NCBI GenBank assembly: GCA_963761305.1
Contig: CAVXGK010000002.1
Coordinates: 3,264,001-3,328,000 of the forward strand
Length of the DNA: 64,000 nt
Origin: an uncultured Gemmatimonadaceae bacterium
GTDB lineage: Bacteria; Gemmatimonadota; Gemmatimonadetes; Gemmatimonadales; Gemmatimonadaceae
Reading direction: 5' to 3'
Made by a program: the position numbers and the translations under genes. How positions within the stretch are numbered: the stretch's first letter is position 1; the number at the start of each line of letters is the position of its first letter. Below, one piece after another: positions 57,457-64,000 of the stretch. The notes beneath the pieces were generated by a model. It was not told the origin of the DNA, made no database searches, and worked only from the letters and a program-made list of their open reading frames with translations.

Positions 57457-58488
57457 GTGATGCATCGTCCGTCTCATATCGCCTGGTCCGGCCTCATGGC
57501 CGCGGTCCTCACGTCGGCCGCCGCCTCGCAATCTCCAACGCAAGCCGCGTCTCCTTCTATAGAAAGAGAAAGCGACTCGACGCGCGCGCACCTCAACGCG
57601 GGCCGCAAGAAGCACGACTCGGTCGCGTTCGCGTCGACGGTTGCCTTCGGTCGGCACCAGATGAAAACGTGGCCCGCGGCGCCAACGCCACTCGTCGGAT
57701 CGATTCTCCCCGGCAATCGCATCGTGGCGTTCTACGGCAATCCGCTCGCGAAGCGCATGGGTGTGTTGGGCGAATACCCGACCGATCAGATGCTCGCCAA
57801 GCTCGACGACGCGGTGCGCGAGTGGCAGCGTGCCGATCCAGCGACACCCGTCAAGCCGGCGCTGCAGTTGATCGCCGTCGTCGCGCAAGGCGCTCCCGGC
57901 CGAGACGGCATGTATCGCCTTCGCATGGACTCGGCGCTGATCGAGAAGGTGTACGGCTGGGCGAAGCAGAGGAACGCGCTGCTCTTTCTCGACATCCAGG
58001 TCGGCAAGAGCACCATGCAGCGCGAGCTCCCCAGACTCATGCCATTTCTCTCACGCCCCGACGTGCACCTGGCGATGGACGCCGAGTTCTCGATGCACTA
58101 CAGCAAAGAGGGCCTGCCGCCCGGCAAGAAAGTGGGCCAGTTCGACGCGAAGGACATCAACTGGGTCTCGGAGCAGCTTCAGGCGCTCGTGACGGAAAAG
58201 CAGGTGCCGCCCAAGGTCCTCGTCGTGCACCGCTGGCTCAAGCAGATGATCTCGAACGCCGACAAGATCACCGTCGACCCGCGCGTGCAGGTCGTGATGG
58301 ACATGGACGGCTGGGGTCCGCCGTGGATGAAGTTCGAGTCGTATCGCGACTACATCGATCTCGAGCCGGTCGAGTACACGGGATTCAAGATCTTCTATCA
58401 CAATGACGTCAAGCACCACGACCCGTTGCTCGCGCCCGCCGAGGTGCTGTGGCTCAGACCGCGGCCGCTCTACATCCAGTACCAGTGA
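57457..58488 (+). CDS. Secreted hypothetical protein
   Basis: Signal peptide; RIVAFYGNP, FLDIQVG, HLAMDAEF, DMDGWG and GFKIFY blocks; coding-like codon usage. Confidence 0.82.
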   Translation: MMHRPSHIAWSGLMAAVLTSAAASQSPTQAASPSIERESDSTRAHLNAGRKKHDSVAFASTVAFGRHQMKTWPAAPTPLVGSILPGNRIVAFYGNPLAKRMGVLGEYPTDQMLAKLDDAVREWQRADPATPVKPALQLIAVVAQGAPGRDGMYRLRMDSALIEKVYGWAKQRNALLFLDIQVGKSTMQRELPRLMPFLSRPDVHLAMDAEFSMHYSKEGLPPGKKVGQFDAKDINWVSEQLQALVTEKQVPPKVLVVHRWLKQMISNADKITVDPRVQVVMDMDGWGPPWMKFESYRDYIDLEPVEYTGFKIFYHNDVKHHDPLLAPAEVLWLRPRPLYIQYQ

Positions 58489-58525
58489 CGTTCGCCAGCG
58501 GCCAGCGGGCGCACGCCCGCGAGCG

Positions 58526-59428
58526 TCATTTCGGCCAGATCGTGAAATCGGCCATGGCACGCCGCACGAGCGTGGGCCCCATCTGCTCGAGCGCGGCGTT
58601 CAACTCGAGCAGGTGCCCGCGCGACAGCTCGAGCACGTGTTCGTCCGGCTGGAACTTCGTGCCGATCGGATAGTCGAGAAACGGCGTGCGCGATTCCTCG
58701 ACGTGCGCCCCGAGCACGTGCGCCACGCGCAGGTCTCGCGTGAAGTCGACCAGCCGGCGCACGCTCTTCGTGAAGGCGGCTGCGTCGGCGACGTAGAGAC
58801 GGCCCGGGTACATCGTGTCGCCAGTCAGGAGAATTCCGGTCCGCCGGTCGTAGATGGCGATCGACGCGCGCTCGTGTCCAGGAATCGGAATGACGTCGAG
58901 CACGCGTCCGCCGAGGTCGAACGTCGCCGTCGAGTCAGGCCATGCTTTGATCATAAAAAAGCGCCGGACGGCCTCCGGACTCGTGCCGACGACCGTGAGG
59001 CCGGCCATCGCGCTGAGCGCCGAGTCGCCGGCGACGTGGTCGCCGTGGGCGTGCGAATGCGCGGCGACGAGACGCGGGATCGGCTTGCCATGCGCGTCGG
59101 CCCAACGCTTGAGCGCTGCGGCGATTGCGTCGGCCACTCGCGCACCCTTGGCTCCCGTGTCGACGAGGAGTGCTTGTCCGTCGCCGAAGATCAGGTAGAG
59201 AAACGGCTTCTCATAGTTCGTGCAGCCTGATTGCCGGAGGATGTAGAAGTCCGGGTTGTACTCGTGAAGACGAAAATCGGACTGTCTGGTCGCGCACGCG
59301 TCCGGTGATTCGGCCCAGCTCGCGGGCAGCGTGCCGCGCTCGAGTCCCGCGCCGTCGGGCTGTGGCGCCTGTGCGACGGCGCCCGACGCGGAGACCAGGA
59401 ATGCGGTGAACGCGAGTGTCGGACTCAC
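58526..59428 (-). CDS. MBL-fold metallo-hydrolase, secreted
   Basis: LVDTG, SHAHGDH, PGH, LTGD and GAH motifs; signal peptide. Confidence 0.92.
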   Translation of the reverse strand: MSPTLAFTAFLVSASGAVAQAPQPDGAGLERGTLPASWAESPDACATRQSDFRLHEYNPDFYILRQSGCTNYEKPFLYLIFGDGQALLVDTGAKGARVADAIAAALKRWADAHGKPIPRLVAAHSHAHGDHVAGDSALSAMAGLTVVGTSPEAVRRFFMIKAWPDSTATFDLGGRVLDVIPIPGHERASIAIYDRRTGILLTGDTMYPGRLYVADAAAFTKSVRRLVDFTRDLRVAHVLGAHVEESRTPFLDYPIGTKFQPDEHVLELSRGHLLELNAALEQMGPTLVRRAMADFTIWPK

Positions 59429-59449
59429 TGTCGCTCCCTTTCTGGTCTC

Positions 59450-60151
59450 TTAGTGCGGCGTGACTATTCTCTGCCGCACCTTCTCCCGTTCCGCCACGAC
59501 GATCGGCTCCATCGCGCCGGCTCCGAGGGCCAGCGGTTGTCTCGCGCCGTCTGCCGCGCTCTCACTCTCAGCCGCGGCCCGTCCGGCCATGACCTTGGTC
59601 ACGAACCTCTGTCCCTCCGAGATTCGTTCGACTTCGATCGCGACAGCGTCCACCGCGTGTTCGATTCGCTCCAGCCGCATCGTCATATCGGCGGGCACCG
59701 ACGGCGAAGCAGCTCTCGGCGAGCGTCCGAGAATTCGCTTCGCCATGGCGATCGAAATCGGAAGCGCCAGCATCAGCGTTACAGCCGCCGGCAGGACCAT
59801 GTCGGGATTGAACAACCGCGAGTTCACGGGAATGTTCGGCACGCCGACCGGACGTCCCTGCTTCTGCGCGATGCGTGCGTCGAGGGTGGCGATGTTTCCT
59901 TCCACCTTGGCGAGCTGCACGCCGACGTCGGCCCACTGCTGCTGCACGCCCGGTCGCGCCGGATTGGACTGCAGCATCTCGTCGAGCTGATGCCTCAAGC
60001 CATCCCACTGCGCCTTGAGTCCGGCATGTTCGACTCGCAGATCCGCGACCTGTGCTTGGAGCGACCCGAGGTCGCCGGTTTGAATCGGCGCCGGGACTGA
60101 CGGGGCTGGCGGGGCGGCAGGTGCTGGTGTCTGTGTGGGCATCGTGGGCAC
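59450..60151 (-). CDS. Hypothetical single-TM coiled-coil protein
   Basis: Pro-rich start, coiled coil, one TM helix, then RLERIEHAVDAVAIEVERISEGQRFVTK. Confidence 0.78.
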   Translation of the reverse strand: MPTMPTQTPAPAAPPAPSVPAPIQTGDLGSLQAQVADLRVEHAGLKAQWDGLRHQLDEMLQSNPARPGVQQQWADVGVQLAKVEGNIATLDARIAQKQGRPVGVPNIPVNSRLFNPDMVLPAAVTLMLALPISIAMAKRILGRSPRAASPSVPADMTMRLERIEHAVDAVAIEVERISEGQRFVTKVMAGRAAAESESAADGARQPLALGAGAMEPIVVAEREKVRQRIVTPH

Positions 60152-60178
60152 TCGCGGGTTGATGAGGCCTCCTAAGTC

Positions 60179-60205
60179 TACGGGTCGGACGAGCCGGCGG
60201 TTACA
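60179..60205 (-). promoter_or_regulatory. Candidate ECF sigma promoter
   Basis: Minus strand TGTAAC-N17-CGTA followed by TAGGAGG. Confidence 0.45.
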
Positions 60206-60290
60206 GCCAGCCTGCGTCCCAGGCCCCCAATCTTGCGGCCTCCGCCGACCGCAGCCCTCGCCGCCGGAACCGCAGCGCCCCCCGGCGCAC

Positions 60291-61184
60291 CTACTTTCTC
60301 GCGGTCGCGACCAGCGCCCGCAAGGCCCGGTAGACCGCCGGCCAGCTCGTCGACCCTGGATCGATCATCTCGAAATGACCCGACGCCGACAGCTTAATGA
60401 TTCGCGCCGACGTGTCGCCGATCGCTTGGGGGCGCGCGAAGTATGCTCGGCCGCCCGGACCGAACGCTTGGTCCTTGGCGCCGATCACGAGTGTTTGTGG
60501 AACCCCGACCGGCGCGAGTCGCATCGCTGACGCGGCCGCGTATCGATCGGCGTGCGCCGACGGCGCGCCGCCCATCAGTCTGTCGATGACGCCGCCGCAG
60601 ACTTGGACCTGTTCGACTTGCTCGAGGTCGGGCGCCGGGGCCCAACGCGAACACCGCGCGCACGCGCAGCGGGTCTTTGACGTAGAGCTCACTCGTCGCT
60701 GGAATCTTGCTTCGCGCGGCGAGCCAGAGTGCGAACGCACCGCCCGCCGAGTGCCCCGCGGCGATGACGTGATCGAGGTCCAACCCGTATTTCGACGCCA
60801 CTTGTCGCAGGTAGTCGGTGGCGAGTCCGACGTCTGCGAAGGTATTCGGCCACCCGCCCCCGTCGTCACCGACGCGTCGATACTCGATGCTCCACACGGC
60901 GAACCCGCTGTCGGCGAGCGCCTGCTCGAGCTTTCCGACGTGCGCGATGTCGAACTGCGAAAGCCAACAGCCACCATGCACGAACACGATGACCGGATGC
61001 GGCCCCGGGGAGTGCGGCAACCGAAGGTTCCAAACTGGAGTGGCGACGGACCGTAGGTGATGCGCGCCGTGGGCGGTCCGGCAGCGAGCGATCCAAGATC
61101 GTTCGGCGTCATGAGCCGCTGGGCGCCGAGCGGGCACGCGGCGAGCATCAGCGGTGCGATATGGAGGCGCGAACCCACTCTCAT
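60291..61184 (-). pseudogene. Alpha/beta hydrolase (esterase-like) with two compensating frameshifts: pseudogene or sequencing error
   Basis: N-terminus (ITYGPSPLQFG) and C-terminus (GAKD, GHFEMID) are in one frame; the core VHGGCW, IEYRRVG and GHSAGG motifs are in another; switches near 61029 and 60642. Confidence 0.8.
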
Positions 61185-61340
61185 TGAGCTTCCTCGACGG
61201 CGTGGACTTCCAGAACGCTGACTCCAAAGAGGGGTGGAAAGGCGATCAGAACAAGTCGCGTCCTTTCGGCTTTTTCCCGATGACTTTCCCAATCCCGGCG
61301 TATATGATGATGTAGTTCCCTCCCGCCTCCGCTTCTTTCA

Positions 61341-61625
61341 ATGAGCGCCCCCGGTTCACTCGATCCCGATTCGATCGTTACGCGGCGTCCCCGTCCCGCG
61401 CGTCTCGTCGACCGCCACGAGACTGGCGTCGTGCTGCTGGTCGCCGCATGGACGGCGGCATTCCTGGTCAGATCGCGGTTGGCGCAGTCCGACCGGCTGA
61501 CCGATCTCACGAACGAAGCCCTCCTGTCGCTCTTGTTCGTTGTCCCGATCATGTTCTTCGGCTGGGGCGCGCTGGTCGTCGCGGATCGGTGCTTCAAGTC
61601 GGGACGGTCTCGCGATCGTCGCTGA
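61341..61625 (+). CDS. Small hypothetical membrane protein with two TM helices
   Basis: 94-aa ORF with two hydrophobic stretches in an otherwise empty interval. Confidence 0.5.
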   Translation: MSAPGSLDPDSIVTRRPRPARLVDRHETGVVLLVAAWTAAFLVRSRLAQSDRLTDLTNEALLSLLFVVPIMFFGWGALVVADRCFKSGRSRDRR

Positions 61626-61759
61626 TTCGCGGGAACGTCATCAGCCCAACGCTCGCGACGCGCCACACTCGCCGAGGCGTTCCTACGGCACGAAACTGGG
61701 CGTACATTTCCGCGCCAAGCAGTACGCCCACGTAGCTCCCCTCCAATAAGCCGGTCCCC

Positions 61760-64000
61760 GTGTCGAACGACGACGTTCTCACGCGACTGACGGCCTCGCT
61801 CGCCGATCGCTACCGCATCGACCGGGAGCTCGGCGCGGGTGGCATGGCGACGGTCTACCTCGCGCGCGACCTCAAGCACGACCGTGACGTCGCGATCAAG
61901 GCGCTGCATCCCGACCTCGGCGCCGCACTCGGTGGCGAGCGATTTCTCAGCGAGATCCGGACGACCGCGCGGCTGCAGCATCCGCATATCCTGCCCCTGC
62001 TCGACTCCGGAAGCGCCGACGGCCTGCTGTACTACGTGATGCCGCTCGTCACCGGGGAGACGTTGCGCGCGCGACTCGAGCGCGAAAAGCAACTGCCGGC
62101 GGACGACGCGATTCGCATCGCCGGCGAGGTCGCCGACGCGCTCGCGTACGCCCACGAGCTGGGCGTGATTCACCGCGACATCAAGCCCGAGAACGTTCTG
62201 CTGCAAGGTGGCCACGCGACCGTGGCCGACTTCGGGATCGCGCTCGCCGTACAGCAGGCGGGCGGCCATCGCATGACGCAGACGGGTCTCAGCCTCGGCA
62301 CGCCGCAGTACATGAGTCCCGAGCAGGCGATGGGCGAACGGACGATCGACGCGCGCAGCGATCTCTACGCGCTCGCCGCCGTCACGTACGAGATGCTCGT
62401 CGGCGAGCCGCCGTTCACGGGACCGACCGTGCAGGCCATCCTCGCGCGCGTGATGACGGAAGAGCCGCGTCCGATCGTCGTGCAGCGCAAGTCGATCCCG
62501 GATCACGTGGAATACGCGGTGATGCGCGGACTGGAAAAACTACCGGCCGATCGCTGGGGCTCGGCGCGCGAATTCGCGGCGGCGCTTCACGGCGGATCTT
62601 CGGCGTCGGCGGCACAAGTGCTGGCGACGTCGCGGCATCGCGCCGATGCGCGTGTTGAAAGGTCGTGGCGCGCGCGGCTGCGCGATCCGCTCGTCCTCGT
62701 GCTCGCCGCCGTCGCGGTCGCGAGCATGGCGTTCGCCGCCTGGGCGCGTACCAATGCACCGCGCCACGACGCGGACGTCGTACGATTCACGATCCCCGCG
62801 CTACAGAGTGAACAGGCGAACTCGCTGGGTTACAGCACGCTCGCGATTTCGCCGGATGGGCGGGCGGTCGTGTACATGGGGCTCGGGGACGACAAGCGGC
62901 AGCAGTTGATGTTGCGCACCCTCGACGACATCGTCGCGCGGCCGCTCCCCGAAACGAGCGACGGGGCAAATCCGGTCTTCTCCCCCGACGGCAAATCCGT
63001 CGCGTTCATCCGCAGCAACCGGATCTTCAAGGTCGCGCTCGACGGCACTCGCCCACAGTTGCTCGCCTCGGCGCCCGCCACATACGCCGGGATGACCTGG
63101 TTGGCGACGGGCGAGCTGGTCGTCTCCGGCAACGTGGCGCTCTATGCGATTCCGGAAGCTGGAGGTCAAGTCCGCGAGATCATGAAAGCGGACCACGCCG
63201 CCGGAGAGGTTTTTGTGAGCGCGCCGGTGATGGCGGGCGACGAGGGCCTTGTCCTCTATTCGTCGAACGCGAGCACGTCGATCGGCGGCGCAAAGATCGC
63301 GGTGGCGTCGCTGAAGACGGGCGAGCGCGTCATCTTCGACCTCGTCGGCGCGCAGGCACTCGGCGTCGTGAACGGTGTGCTTACGTACGTGACGGCCGGT
63401 GGTACGATCATGGGTGTTCCGATCGACATGCGGCGGAGGAAGCTCAGCGGGGCTCCGGTGCAGCTCGTGAGCGACGTCGCGATCAATACCACGACCGGGC
63501 TCGCACGGGCCTCTCTCGCGGCGAACGGGACGCTTCTGTATCAAAGCGGGACCCAGTCGTCGCAGGCGATAGCCGTAGGTCTCGACGGTAGCGCGCGCCC
63601 CTTGCTCGCCGAGTCGCGCGAGTATGCGTTTCCTCGTCTCTCTCCTGATGGCCGACGATTGGCGATCGCCGTTGGTGCGTCGGATCGTCGAGATGTGTGG
63701 CTGTTCGAACTGAATACGCAAACGATGACGCGGCTGACGAGCGAGGGCGCGTCGAACGACCGTCCGGAGTGGACGTCTGATGGCAAACGCGTGCTGTATC
63801 GCTCGGACCGGAGCAACCGCTCGGCGATCTGGACCCGTCCCGCCGATCTGAGCGCTGAGGCAACGCAGCTCGTCGGCGGCCCCAAGGTCGACATCTTCGA
63901 GGCGGTGATGTCGCCCGACATGCGCAACGTCGCCTATCAGCTCGATACGACCGGCGCGGACATTTTCTATCGCGCCGTGAGTGGCGACACGGCTCCGCAT
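61760..64000 (+). CDS. Hanks-type Ser/Thr protein kinase with TM segment and TolB-like (PD40) beta-propeller, 3'-truncated by the window edge
   Basis: Manual translation from GTG 61760: LGAGGMATVY, VAIK, HRDIKPEN, DFG, GTPQYMSPEQ, then SPDG repeats; missing from the ORF track because no stop falls inside the window. Confidence 0.93.
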   Translation, partial: MSNDDVLTRLTASLADRYRIDRELGAGGMATVYLARDLKHDRDVAIKALHPDLGAALGGERFLSEIRTTARLQHPHILPLLDSGSADGLLYYVMPLVTGETLRARLEREKQLPADDAIRIAGEVADALAYAHELGVIHRDIKPENVLLQGGHATVADFGIALAVQQAGGHRMTQTGLSLGTPQYMSPEQAMGERTIDARSDLYALAAVTYEMLVGEPPFTGPTVQAILARVMTEEPRPIVVQRKSIPDHVEYAVMRGLEKLPADRWGSAREFAAALHGGSSASAAQVLATSRHRADARVERSWRARLRDPLVLVLAAVAVASMAFAAWARTNAPRHDADVVRFTIPALQSEQANSLGYSTLAISPDGRAVVYMGLGDDKRQQLMLRTLDDIVARPLPETSDGANPVFSPDGKSVAFIRSNRIFKVALDGTRPQLLASAPATYAGMTWLATGELVVSGNVALYAIPEAGGQVREIMKADHAAGEVFVSAPVMAGDEGLVLYSSNASTSIGGAKIAVASLKTGERVIFDLVGAQALGVVNGVLTYVTAGGTIMGVPIDMRRRKLSGAPVQLVSDVAINTTTGLARASLAANGTLLYQSGTQSSQAIAVGLDGSARPLLAESREYAFPRLSPDGRRLAIAVGASDRRDVWLFELNTQTMTRLTSEGASNDRPEWTSDGKRVLYRSDRSNRSAIWTRPADLSAEATQLVGGPKVDIFEAVMSPDMRNVAYQLDTTGADIFYRAVSGDTAPH

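Noticed and set aside
58526..59428. Metallo-beta-lactamase resistance gene
   Set aside because: HxHxDH defines the fold only; nothing supports true beta-lactamase activity
61181..64000. Minus-strand ORFs of 441 and 399 aa
   Set aside because: Antisense shadows of the plus-strand Ser/Thr kinase

Overview
High-GC bacterial chromosomal window. Gemmatimonadota-like by inference, from the style of the Ser/Thr kinase, TonB, ADOP permease/PadR and RLERIE-type genes. I saw no rRNA, tRNA, CRISPR array, integrase or transposase. In order, the window holds: two neighbouring paralogous RND efflux permeases, the second in a complete TetR-TolC-MFP-RND operon; an S8 protease that probably starts at a non-canonical codon; a translationally coupled five-gene operon (RraA/HMG-aldolase family, class V aminotransferase, DAACS symporter with an aberrant TM7 motif, LeuC/LeuD-like hydro-lyase) that looks like an uncharacterised catabolic route for an acidic amino acid; assorted hydrolases, a TonB-dependent receptor next to a metallophosphoesterase, and two histidine kinases; an itaconate/methylsuccinate-type CoA-dependent degradation cluster; two orphan ADOP permeases, one with PadR and a clear operator; an ECF sigma factor with mirror-image divergent promoters; HtrA; an alpha/beta hydrolase with two compensating frameshifts; and a Ser/Thr kinase with beta-propeller repeats that runs off the window end and is absent from the ORF track. 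Two families of REP-like palindromic repeats are present, and one copy sits in frame inside the LeuC-like gene. All calls come from reading motifs by eye; no database searches were run.
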